Shown here piece by piece: positions 38,901 to 52,569 of a stretch of 64,000 bases of DNA; positions within the stretch are counted from its first letter, which is position 1; each line of letters starts with the position of its first letter. The notes under the pieces are model-generated. The model was given only the letters and a program-made list of their open reading frames with translations. It did no database searches and was not told the DNA's origin. The stretch comes from Raillietiella orientalis (lineage: Eukaryota), in contig JAYWIR010000145.1 of the NCBI GenBank assembly GCA_036172245.1, forward strand, positions 1-64,000. Direction: 5' to 3'. A program made the translations under genes and the position numbers.

Positions 38901-41900
38901 TTAGAATTGATTACAAACCAGCAAAAGATGTAAATTTGTACCACACCATGAATCAGATCGAATTAAATAATTAACTTTCTAATTCCGACAGTGGTTGCCA
39001 TGAAAAGAAAACGGAGTGCAAAGTGACCCGCCCTAATGAAATGTCGGACTTTTCTTAATCCACCTCTAAACGCAGGAAATCGCAAGGAAGTGTGGTGATC
39101 CATGCCGGTAGATTGCCTCGCCCTGCCAATGGATGCTTCATGAAGATGCGCAATAGTGCAATGGTGGAATCTCCTCACTTCGAATTGATTACAAACCAGC
39201 AAAAGATGTAAGTTTATACCATACCGTGAATCAGATCGAATTAAATAATTCACTTTCTAATTCCGATAGTGGTTGCCATGAAAACAACACGGAGTGCAAA
39301 GTGTCCCACCCTAATCAAGTGTCGGACTTTTCTTAATCCACCTCTAAACGCAGGAAATCGCAAGGTAGTGTGGTGATCCATGCCGGTAGATTGCCTCGCC
39401 CTGCCAATGGATGCTTCATGAAGATGCGCAATAGTGCAATGGTGGAATCTCCTCACTTCGAATTGATTACAAACCAGCAAAAGATGTAAATTTGTACCAC
39501 ACCATGAATCAGGTCGAATTAAATAATTCACTTTCTAATTCCGACAGTGGTTGCCATGAAAACAACACGGAGTGCAAAGTGTCCCACCCGAATCAAATGT
39601 CGGAGTGTTCTTAATCCACTTCTGAACACAGGAAATCGCAAGGTAGTGCGGTGATCCATGACGGTGGACTGCCTAGCCCTGCCAATGGATGCTTCGTGAA
39701 GAAGCGCAAAAGTGCAATGGTGAAATACCCTCACTTCGAATTGATTACAAACCAGCAAAAGATGTAAATTTGTACCACACCATGAATCAGATCGAATTAA
39801 ATAATTAACTTTCTAATTCCGACAGTAGTTGTCATGAAAACAACACGGAGTGCAAAGTGTCCCACCCTAATCAAATGTCGGAGTGTTCTTAATCCACCTC
39901 TAAACGCAGGAAACCGCAAGGTAGTGTGGTGATCCATGCCGGTAGATTGCCTCGCGCTGCCAACGGATTCTTCGTGAAGAAGCGCAAAAGTGCAATGGTG
40001 AAATCTCCGTACTTCGAATTGATTACAAACCAGCAAAAGATTTAAATTTGTACCATAAAATGAATCAGATCGAATTAAATAATTCACTTTCTAATTCCGA
40101 TAGTGGTTGTCATGAAAACAACACGGAGTGCAAATTGCCCCGCCCTAATGAAATGTCGGACTTTTCTTAATCCACCTCTGAAACCATGAAATTGCATGAT
40201 GGTGCGGTTATCCATGACGGTAGATTGCCTCGCGCTACCAACGCATGCTTCGTGAAAAAGCGCAAAAGTGCAATGGTGAAATCTTCTCACTTCGAATTGA
40301 TTACGAACCAGCAAAAGATGTAAATTTGTACCACACCATGAATCAGATCGAATTAAATAATTCACTTTCAAATTCCGACAGTGGTTGCCATGAAAACAAT
40401 ACGGAGTGCAAAGTGTCCCACCCTAATCAAATGTCGCACTTTTCTTAATCCACCTCTTAAACCAGGAAATCGGAAGGTTGTGCGGTTATCCATGACCGTA
40501 GATTGCCTCGCACTGCCAACGTATGTTTCGTGAAAAAGCGCAACAGTGCAATGGTGAAATCTCCGTACAACGAATTGATTACAAACCAGCAAAAGAAGTA
40601 AATTTATACCATACCGTGAATCAGATCGAATTAAAAAATTCACTTTTTAACTCCGACAGCGGTTGCCATCAAAAAAACACGGAGTGCAACGTGTCCCACC
40701 CTAATCAAATGTCGGAGTGTTCTTAATCCACCTCTAAACGCAGGAAATCGCAAGGTAGTGTGGTGATCCATGCCGGTAGATTGCCTCGCGCTGCCAACGG
40801 ATGCTTCGTGAAAAAGCGCAACAGTGCATGGTGAAACCTCCTCACTTCGAATTGATTACAAACCAGCAAAAGATGTAAATTTGTACCACACCATGAATCA
40901 GATCGAATTAAATGATTCACTTTCTAATTCCGATAGTGGTTGCCATGAAAACAACACGCAGTGCAAAGTGTTCCGCTCTAATGAAATTTCGGACTTTTTT
41001 TAATCCACCTCAGAAACCAGGAAATCGCATGATGGTGCGGTTATCCATGACGGTAGATTGCCTCGCGCTGCCAACGGATGCTTCGTGAAAAAGCGCAAAA
41101 GTGCAATGGTGAAATCTCCTCACTTCGAATTGATTACAAACCAGCAAAAGATGTAAATTTATACCATACCGTGAATCAGATCGAATTAAATAATTCCCTT
41201 TTCAATTCCGACAGTGGTTGCCATGAAAACAACACGGAGTGCAAAGAGCCCCGCCATAATGAAATGTCGGACAGTTCTTCATCCACCTCAAAACGCAGGA
41301 AATCGCAAGGTAGTGTGGTGATCTATGCCGGTAGATTTCCTCGCTCTGCCAACGGATGCTTCGTGAAGAAGCGCAAAAGTGCAATGGTGAAATCTCCTCA
41401 CTTTGAATTGATTACAAACCAGCAAAAGATGTAAATTTATACCATACCGTGAAACAGATCGAATTAAATAATTCCCTTTTCAATTCCGACAGTGGTTGCC
41501 ATGAAAACAACACGGAGTGCAAAGTGTCCCACCCTAATCAAATGTCGGAGTGTTCTTAATCCACTTCTGAACACAGGAAATCGCAAGGTAGTGCGGTGAT
41601 CCATGACGGTGGATTGCCTAGCCCTGCCAATGGATGCTTCGTGAAGAAGCGCAAAAGTGCAATGGTGAAATCTCCTCACTTCGAATTGATTACAAACCAG
41701 CAAAAGATGTAAATTTGTACCACACCATGAATCAGAGCGAATGAAATGATTCACTTTCTAATTCCGACAGTGGTTGCCATGAAAACAACACGGAGTGCAA
41801 AGAGCCCCGCCCTAATGAAATGTCGGACTGTTCTTCATCCACCTCTAAACGCAGGAAATCGCAAGGTAGTGTGGTGAACTATGCCGGTAGATTTCCTCGC

Positions 41901-44900
41901 GCTGCCAACGGATGCTTCGTGAAGACGCGCAAAAGTGCAATGGTGAAATCTCCTCACTTCGAATTGATTACAAACCAGAAAAAGATGTAAATTTGTACCA
42001 CACCATGAATCAGATCGAATTGAATAATTAACTTTCTAATTCCGACAGTGGTTGCCATGAAAAGAAAACGAAGTGCAAAGTGTCCCACCCTAATCAAATG
42101 TCGGAGTGTTCTTAATCCACTTCTGAACACAGGAATTCGCAATGTAGTGTGGTGATCCATGCCGCTATATTGCCTCGCCCTGCCAATGGATGCTTCATGA
42201 AGATGCGCAATAGTGCAATGGTGGAATCTCCTCACTTAGAATTGATTCCAAACCAGCAAAAGATGTAAATTTGTACCATAAAATGAATCAGATCGAATTA
42301 AATAATTCACTTTCCAATTCCGATAGTGGTTGCGATGAAAACAACACGGAGTGCAAAGTGACCCGCCCTAATGAAATGTCGGACTTTTCTTAATCCACCT
42401 CGAAACGCAGGAAATCGCAAGCTAGTGTGGTGATCCATGCCGGTAGATTTCCTCGCGCTGCCAACGGATGCTTCGTGAAGACGCGCAAAAGTGCAATGGT
42501 GAAATCTCCTCACTTCGAATTGATTACAAACCAGCAAAAGATGTAAATTTGTACCACACCATGAATCAGATCGAAATAAATAATTAACTTTCTAATTCCG
42601 ACAGTGGTTGCCATGAAAAGAAAACGGAGTGCAAAGTGTCCCACCCTAATCAAATGTCGGAGTGTTCTTAATCCACTTCTGAACACAGGAATTCGCAATG
42701 TAGTGTGGTGATCCATGCCGCTAGATTGCCTCGCCCTGCCAATGGATGCTTCATGAAGATGCGCAATAGTGCAATGGTGGAATCTCCTCACTTAGAATTG
42801 ATTACAAACCAGCAAAAGATGTAAATTTGTACCACACCATGAATCAGATCGAATTAAATAATTAACTTTCTAATTCCGACAGTGGTTGCCATGAAAAGAA
42901 AACGGAGTGCAAAGTGACCCGCCCTAATGAAATGTCGGACTTTTCTTAATCCACCTCTAAACGCAGGAAATCGCAAGGAAGTGTGGTGATCCATGCCGGT
43001 AGATTGCCTCGCCCTGCCAATGGATGCTTCATGAAGATGCGCAATAGTGCAATGGTGGAATCTCCTCACTTCGAATTGATTACAAACCAGCAAAAGATGT
43101 AAGTTTATACCATACCGTGAATCAGATCGAATTAAATAATTCACTTTCTAATTCCGATAGTGGTTGCCATGAAAACAACACGGAGTGCAAAGTGTCCCAC
43201 CCTAATCAAGTGTCGGACTTTTCTTAATCCACCTCTAAACGCAGGAAATCGCAAGGTAGTGTGGTGATCCATGCCGGTAGATTGCCTCGCCCTGCCAATG
43301 GATGCTTCATGAAGATGCGCAATAGTGCAATGGTGGAATCTCCTCACTTCGAATTGATTACAAACCAGCAAAAGATGTAAATTTGTACCACACCATGAAT
43401 CAGGTCGAATTAAATAATTCACTTTCTAATTCCGACAGTGGTTGCCATGAAAACAACACGGAGTGCAAAGTGTCCCACCCGAATCAAATGTCGGAGTGTT
43501 CTTAATCCACTTCTGAACACAGGAAATCGCAAGGTAGTGCGGTGATCCATGACGGTGGACTGCCTAGCCCTGCCAATGGATGCTTCGTGAAGAAGCGCAA
43601 AAGTGCAATGGTGAAATACCCTCACTTCGAATTGATTACAAACCAGCAAAAGATGTAAATTTGTACCACACCATGAATCAGATCGAATTAAATAATTAAC
43701 TTTCTAATTCCGACAGTAGTTGTCATGAAAACAACACGGAGTGCAAAGTGTCCCACCCTAATCAAATGTCGGAGTGTTCTTAATCCACCTCTAAACGCAG
43801 GAAACCGCAAGGTAGTGTGGTGATCCATGCCGGTAGATTGCCTCGCGCTGCCAACGGATTCTTCGTGAAGAAGCGCAAAAGTGCAATGGTGAAATCTCCG
43901 TACTTCGAATTGATTACAAACCAGCAAAAGATGTAAATTTGTACCATAAAATGAATCAGATCGAATTAAATAATTCACTTTCTAATTCCGATAGTGGTTG
44001 TCATGAAAACAACACGGAGTGCAAATTGCCCCGCCCTAATGAAATGTCGGACTTTTCTTAATCCACCTCTGAAACCATGAAATTGCATGATGGTGCGGTT
44101 ATCCATGACGGTAGATTGCCTCGCGCTACCAACGCATGCTTCGTGAAAAAGCGCAAAAGTGCAATGGTGAAATCTTCTCACTTCGAATTGATTACGAACC
44201 AGCAAAAGATGTAAATTTGTACCACACCATGAATCAGATCGAATTAAATAATTCACTTTCAAATTCCGACAGTGGTTGCCATGAAAACAATACGGAGTGC
44301 AAAGTGTCCCACCCTAATCAAATGTCGCACTTTTCTTAATCCACCTCTTAAACCAGGAAATCGGAAGGTTGTGCGGTTATCCATGACCGTAGATTGCCTC
44401 GCACTGCCAACGTATGTTTCGTGAAAAAGCGCAACAGTGCAATGGTGAAATCTCCGTACAACGAATTGATTACAAACCAGCAAAAGAAGTAAATTTATAC
44501 CATACCGTGAATCAGATCGAATTAAAAAATTCACTTTTTAACTCCGACAGCGGTTGCCATCAAAAAAACACGGAGTGCAACGTGTCCCACCCTAATCAAA
44601 TGTCGGAGTGTTCTTAATCCACCTCTAAACGCAGGAAATCGCAAGGTAGTGTGGTGATCCATGCCGGTAGATTGCCTCGCGCTGCCAACGGATGCTTCGT
44701 GAAAAAGCGCAACAGTGCATGGTGAAACCTCCTCACTTCGAATTGATTACAAACCAGCAAAAGATGTAAATTTGTACCACACCATGAATCAGATCGAATT
44801 AAATGATTCACTTTCTAATTCCGATAGTGGTTGCCATGAAAACAACACGCAGTGCAAAGTGTTCCGCCCTAATGAAATTTCGGACTTTTTTTAATCCACC

Positions 44901-47900
44901 TCAGAAACCAGGAAATCGCATGATGGTGCGGTTATCCATGACGGTAGATTGCCTCGCGCTGCCAACGGATGCTTCGTGAAAAAGCGCAAAAGTGCAATGG
45001 TGAAATCTCCTCACTTCGAATTGATTACAAACCAGCAAAAGATGTAAATTTATACCATACCGTGAATCAGATCGAATTAAATAATTCCCTTTTCAATTCC
45101 GACAGTGGTTGCCATGAAAACAACACGGAGTGCAAAGAGCCCCGCCCTAATGAAATGTCGGACTGTTCTTCATCCACCTCTAAACGCAGGAAATCGCAAG
45201 GTAGTGTGGTGATCTATGCCGGTAGATTTCCTCGCTCTGCCAACGGATGCTTCGTGAAGAAGCGCAAAAGTGCAATGGTGAAATCTCCTCACTTTGAATT
45301 GATTACAAACCAGCAAAAGATGTAAATTTATACCATACCGTGAAACAGATCGAATTAAATAATTCCCTTTTCAATTCCGACAGTGGTTGCCATGAAAACA
45401 ACACGGAGTGCAAAGTGTCCCACCCTAATCAAATGTCGGAGTGTTCTTAATCCACTTCTGAACACAGGAAATCGCAAGGTAGTGCGGTGATCCATGACGG
45501 TGGATTGCCTAGCCCTGCCAATGGATGCTTCGTGAAGAAGCGCAAAAGTGCAATGGTGAAATCTCCTCACTTCGAATTGATTACAAACCAGCAAAAGATG
45601 TAAATTTGTACCACACCATGAATCAGATCGAATTAAATAATTCACTTTCTAATTCCGACAGTGGTTGCCATGAAAACAACACGGAGTGCAAAGTGTCCCA
45701 CCCTAATCAAATGTCGGAGTGTTCTTAATCCACTTCTGAACACAGGAAATCGCAAGGTAGTGCGGTGATCCATGACGGTGGATTGCCTAGCCCTGCCAAT
45801 GGATGCTTCGTGAAGAAGCGCAAAAGTGCAATGGTGAAATCTCCTCACTTCGAATTGATTACAAACCAGCAAAAGATGTAAATTTGTACCACACCATGAA
45901 TCAGATCGAATTAAATAATTAACTTTCTAATTCCGACAGAAGTTGTCATGAAAACAACACGGAGTGCAAAGTGTCCCACCCTAATCAAATGTCGGAGTGT
46001 TCTTAATCCACCTCTAAACGCAGGAAACCGCAAGGTAGTGTGGTGATCCATTCCGGTAGATTGCCTCGCGCTGCCAACGGATTCTTCGTGAAGAAGCGCA
46101 AAAGTGCAATGGTGAAATCTCCGTACTTCGAATTGATTACAAACCAGCAAAAGATGTAAATTTGTACCATAAAATGAATCAGATCGAATTAAATAATTCA
46201 CTTTCTAATTCCGATAGTGGTTGCCATGAAAACAACACGGAGTGCAAATTGCTCCGCCCTAATGAAATGTCGCACTTTTCTTAATCCACCTCTGAAACCA
46301 TGAAATTGCATGATGGTGCGGTTATCCATGACGGTAGATTGCCTCGCGCTACCAACGGGTGCTTCGTGAAAAAGCGCAAAAGTGCAATGGTGAAATCTTC
46401 AAACTTCGAATTGATTACAAACCAGCAAAAGATGTAAATTTGTACCACACCATGAATCAGATCGAATTAAATAATTCACTTTCAAATTCCGACAGTGGTT
46501 GCCATGAAAACAATACGGAGTGCAAAGTGTCCCACCCTAATCAAATGTCGCACTTTTCTTAATCCACCTCTTAAACCAGGAAATCGGAAGTGTGTGCGGT
46601 TATCCATGACCGTAGATTGCCTCGCACTGCCAACGTATGTTTCGTGAAGAAGCGCAACAGTGCAATGGTGAAATCTCCGTACAACGAATTGATTACAAAC
46701 CAGCAAAAGAAGTAAATTTATACCATACCGTGAATCAGATCGAATTAAAAAATTCACTTTTTAACTCCGACAGCGGTTGCCATCAAAAAAATAAGGAGTG
46801 CAACGTGTCCCACCCTAATCAAATGTCGGACTGTTCTTCATCCACCTCTAAACGCAGGAAATCGCAAGGTAGTGTGGTGAACTATGCCGGTAGATTTCCT
46901 CGCGCTGCCAACGGATGCTTCGTGAAGACGCGCAAAAGTGCAATGGTGAAATCTCCTCACTTCGAATTGATTACAAACCAGCAAAAGATGTAAATTTGTA
47001 CCACACCATGAATCAGATCGAAATAAATAATTAACTTTCTAATTCCGACAGTGGTTGCCATGAAAAGAAAACGGAGTGCAAAGTGTCCCACCCTAATCAA
47101 ATGTCGGAGTGTTCTTAATCCACTTCTGAACACAGGAATTCGCAATGTAGTGTGGTGATCCATGCCGCTAGATTGCCTCGCCCTGCCAATGGATGCTTCA
47201 TGAAGATGCGCAATAGTGCAATGGTGGAATCTCCTCACTTAGAATTGATTACAAACCAGCAAAAGATGTAAATTTGTACCATACCATGAATCAGATCGAA
47301 TTAAATAATTCACTTTCTAATTCCGATAGTGGTTGCCATGAAAACAACACGGAGTGCAAAGTGCCCCGCCCTAATGAAATGTCGGACTTTTCTTAATCCA
47401 CCTCTAAACGCAGCAAATCGCAAGGAAGTGTGGTGATCCATGCCGGTAGATTGCCTCGCCCTGCCAATGGATGCTTCGTGAAGATGCGCAATAGTGCAAT
47501 GGTGAAATCTCCTCACTTCGAATTGATTACAAACCAGCAAAAGATGTAAGTTTATACCATACCGTGAATCAGATCGAATTAAATAATTCACTTTCTAATT
47601 CCGATAGTGGTTGCCATGAAAACAACACGGAGTGCAAAGTGTCCCACCCTAATCAAGTGTCGGACTTTTCTTAATCCACCTCTAAACGCAGGAAATCGCA
47701 AGGTAGTGTGGTGATCCATGCCGGTAGATTGCCTCGCCCTGCCAATGGATGCTTCATGAAGATGCGCAATAGTGCAATGGTGGAATCTCCTCACTTCGAA
47801 TTGATTACAAACCAGCAAAAGATGTAAATTTGTACCACACCATGAATCAGATCGAATTAAATAATTCACTTTCTAATTCCGACAGTGGTTGCCATGAAAA

Positions 47901-50650
47901 CAACACGGAGTGCAAAGTGTCCCACCCTAATCAAATGTCGGAGTGTTCTTAATCCACCTCTAAACGCAGGAAATCGCAAGGTAGTGTGGTGATCCATGCC
48001 GGTAGATTGCCTCGCGCTGCCAACGGATTCTTCGTGAAGAAGCGCAAAAGTGCAATGGTGAAATCTCCGTACTTCGAATTGATTACAAACCAGCAAAAGA
48101 TGTAAATTTGTACCATAAAATGAATCAGATCGAATTAAATAATTCACTTTCTAATTCCGATAGTGGTTGTCATGAAAACAACACGGAGTGCAAATTGCCC
48201 CGCCCTAATGAAATGTCGGACTTTTCTTAATCCACCTCTGAAACCATGAAATTGCATGATGGTGCGGTTATCCATGACGGTAGATTGCCTCGCGCTACCA
48301 ACGCATGCTTCGTGAAAAAGCGCAAAAGTGCAATGGTGAAATCTTCTCACTTCGAATTGATTACGAACCAGCAAAAGATGTAAATTTGTACCACACCATG
48401 AATCAGATCGAATTAAATAATTCACTTTCAAATTCCGACAGTGGTTGCCATGAAAACAATACGGAGTGCAAAGTGTCCCACCCTAATCAAATGTCGCACT
48501 TTTCTTAATCCACCTCTTAAACCAGGAAATCGGAAGGTTGTGCGGTTATCCATGACCGTAGATTGCCTCGCACTGCCAACGTATGTTTCGTGAAAAAGCG
48601 CAACAGTGCAATGGTGAAATCTCCGTACAACGAATTGATTACAAACCAGCAAAAGAAGTAAATTTATACCATACCGTGAATCAGATCGAATTAAAAAATT
48701 CACTTTTTAACTCCGACAGCGGTTGCCATCAAAAAAACACGGAGTGCAACGTGTCCCACCCTAATCAAATGTCGGAGTGTTCTTAATCCACCTCTAAACG
48801 CAGGAAATCGCAAGGTAGTGTGGTGATCCATGCCGGTAGATTGCCTCGCGCTGCCAACGGATGCTTCGTGAAAAAGCGCAACAGTGCATGGTGAAACCTC
48901 CTCACTTCGAATTGATTACAAACCAGCAAAAGATGTAAATTTGTACCACACCATGAATCAGATCGAATTAAATGATTCACTTTCTAATTCCGATAGTGGT
49001 TGCCATGAAAACAACACGCAGTGCAAAGTGTTCCGCCCTAATGAAATTTCGGACTTTTTTTAATCCACCTCAGAAACCAGGAAATCGCATGATGGTGCGG
49101 TTATCCATGACGGTAGATTGCCTCGCGCTGCCAACGGATGCTTCGTGAAAAAGCGCAAAAGTGCAATGGTGAAATCTCCTCACTTCGAATTGATTACAAA
49201 CCAGCAAAAGATGTAAATTTATACCATACCGTGAATCAGATCGAATTAAATAATTCCCTTTTCAATTCCGACAGTGGTTGCCATGAAAACAACACGGAGT
49301 GCAAAGAGCCCCGCCATAATGAAATGTCGGACAGTTCTTCATCCACCTCAAAACGCAGGAAATCGCAAGGTAGTGTGGTGATCTATGCCGGTAGATTTCC
49401 TCGCTCTGCCAACGGATGCTTCGTGAAGAAGCGCAAAAGTGCAATGGTGAAATCTCCTCACTTTGAATTGATTACAAACCAGCAAAAGATGTAAATTTAT
49501 ACCATACCGTGAAACAGATCGAATTAAATAATTCCCTTTTCAATTCCGACAGTGGTTGCCATGAAAACAACACGGAGTGCAAAGTGTCCCACCCTAATCA
49601 AATGTCGGAGTGTTCTTAATCCACTTCTGAACACAGGAAATCGCAAGGTAGTGCGGTGATCCATGACGGTGGATTGCCTAGCCCTGCCAATGGATGCTTC
49701 GTGAAGAAGCGCAAAAGTGCAATGGTGAAATCTCCTCACTTCGAATTGATTACAAACCAGCAAAAGATGTAAATTTGTACCACACCATGAATCAGATCGA
49801 ATTAAATAATTCACTTTCTAATTCCGACAGTGGTTGCCATGAAAACAACACGGAGTGCAAAGTGTCCCACCCTAATCAAATGTCGGAGTGTTCTTAATCC
49901 ACTTCTGAACACAGGAAATCGCAAGGTAGTGCGGTGATCCATGACGGTGGATTGCCTAGCCCTGCCAATGGATGCTTCGTGAAGAAGCGCAAAAGTGCAA
50001 TGGTGAAATCTCCTCACTTCGAATTGATTACAAACCAGCAAAAGATGTAAATTTGTACCACACCATGAATCAGATCGAATTAAATAATTAACTTTCTAAT
50101 TCCGACAGTGGTTGTCATGAAAACAACACGGAGTGCAAAGTGTCCCACCCTAATCAAATGTCGGAGTGTTCTTAATCCACCTCTAAACGCAGGAAACCGC
50201 AAGGTAGTGTGGTGATCCATTCCGGTAGATTGCCTCGCGCTGCCAACGGATTCTTCGTGAAGAAGCGCAAAAGTGCAATGGTGAAATCTCCGTACTTCGA
50301 ATTGATTACAATCCAGCAAAAGATGTAAATTTGTACCATAAAATGAATCAGATCGAATTAAATAATTCACTTTCTAATTCCGATAGTGGTTGCCATGAAA
50401 ACAACACGGAGTGCAAATTGCTCCGCCCTAATGAAATGTCGCACTTTTCTTAATCCACCTCTGAAACCATGAAATTGCATGATGGTGCGGTTATCCATGA
50501 CGGTAGATTGCCTCGCGCTGCCAACGGATGCTTCGTGAAAAAGCGCAAAAGTGCAATGGTGAAATCTTCAAACTTCGAATTGATTACAAACCAGCAAAAG
50601 ATGTAAATTTGTACCACACCATGAATCAGATCGAATTAAATAATTCACTT
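35915..50650. repeat. Variable-length HOR family (16-, 14-, 15-monomer periods)
   Basis: The marker monomer with CCACCTCTTAAACCAGG and AAAAGAAGTAAA gives ORFs at 36076, 40523, 44414 and 48583 (spacing 4447, 3891, 4169 bp), plus a partial copy at ~46.5 kb. Long runs of identical ORFs occur at offsets 3891 (38619/42510 to 41078/44969) and 4169 (43975/48144 to 46359/50528). Confidence 0.9.
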
Positions 50651-52569
50651 TTTAATTCCGACAGCGGTTGCCATCAAAACAACACGGAGTGCAACGTGTC
50701 CCACCCTAATCAAATGTCGGACTTTTCTTAATCCACCTCTGAAACCAGGAAATCGCAAGGTGGTGCGGTTATCCATGACGGTAGATTGCCTCGCGCTGCC
50801 AACGGATGCTTCGTGAAAAAGCGCAACAGTGCATGGTGAAATCTCCTCACTTTGAATTGATTACAAACCAGCAAAAGATGTAAATTTGTACCACACCATG
50901 AATCAGATCGAATTAAATAATTCACTTTCTAATTCCGACAGTGGTTGCCATGAAAACAACACGGAGTGCAAAGAGCCCCGCCCTAATGAAATGTCGGACT
51001 GTTCTTCATCCACCTCTAAACGCAGGAAATCGCAAGGTAGTGTGGTGATCTATGCCGGTAGATTTCCTCGCTCTGCCAACGGATGCTTCGTGAAGAAGCG
51101 CAAAAGTGCAATGGTGAAATCTCCGTACCTCGAATTGATTACAAACCAGCAGAAGATGTAAATTTGTACCATAAAATGAATCTTATCGAATTAAATAATT
51201 CACTTTCTAATTCCGACAGTGGTTGCCATGAAAACAACACGGAGTGCAAAGTGCCCCACCCTAATCAAATGTCGGAGTGTTCTTAATCCACTTCTGAACA
51301 CAGGAAATCGCGAGGTAGTGCGGTGATCCATGACGGTGGATTGCCTAGCCCTGCCAATGGATGCTTCGTGAAGAAGCGGAAAAGTGCAATGGTGAAATCC
51401 GCTCACTTCGAATTCATTACATACCAGCAAAAGATGTAAATTTGTACCATCAAATGATTCAGATCGAATAAAAAAATTCCCCTTCTCATTCCGAATGGTT
51501 GCGATGAAAACAACACGGAATGCAAAGTGTCCCACCCTAATCAAATGTGGGACTTTTTTTAATCCACCTCAGAAACCAGGAAATCGCATGATGGTGCGGT
51601 TATCCATGACGGTAGATTGCCTCGCGCTGCCAACGGATGCTCCGTGAAAAAGCGCAACAGTGCAATGGTGAAAAATCCTCACTTCGAATTGATTACAAAC
51701 CAGCAAAAGATGTAAATTTGTACCCCACCATGAATCAGAGCGAATTAAATAATTCATTTTCTAATTCCGATAGTGGTTGCCATGAAAACAACACGCAGTT
51801 CAAAGTGTTCCGCCCTAATGAAATTTCGTACTTTTCTTAATCCACCTCTGAAACCAGGAAATCGCATGATGGTGCGGTTATCCATGACGGTAGATTGCCT
51901 CGCGCTGCCAACGGATGCTTCGTGAAAAAGCGCAACAGTGCAATGGGGAAATCTCCTCACTTCGAATTCATTACAAACCAGCAAAAGATGTAAATTTGTA
52001 CCACACCATGAATCAGATCGAATTAAATAATTCACTTTCAAATTCCGACAGTGGTTGCCATGAAAACAATACGGAGTGCAAAGTGTCCCTCCCTAATCAA
52101 ATGTCGCACTTTTCATAATCCACCTCTGAAACCAGGAAATCGGTTGGTTGTTTGGTTATCCATGACCGTAGATTGCCTCGCACTGCCAACGTATGTTTCG
52201 TGAAAAAGCGCAACAGTGCAATGGTGAAATCTCCTTACAACGAATTGATTACAAACCAGCAAAAGATGTAAATTTATACCATACCAAGAATCAGATCGAA
52301 TTAAAAAATTCACTTTTTAACTCCGACAGCGGTTGCCATCAAAACAACACGGAGTGCAACGTGTTTCACCCTAATCAAATGTCGGACTTTTCTTAATCCA
52401 CCTCTGAAACCAGAAAATCGCAAGGTGGTGCGGTTATCAGTGACAGTAGATTGCCTCGCGCTGCAAACGGATGCTTCGTGAAAAAGCGCAACAGTGCATG
52501 GTGAAACCTCCTCACTTCGAATTGATTACAAACCAGCAAAAGATGTAAATTTGTACCACACCATGAATC

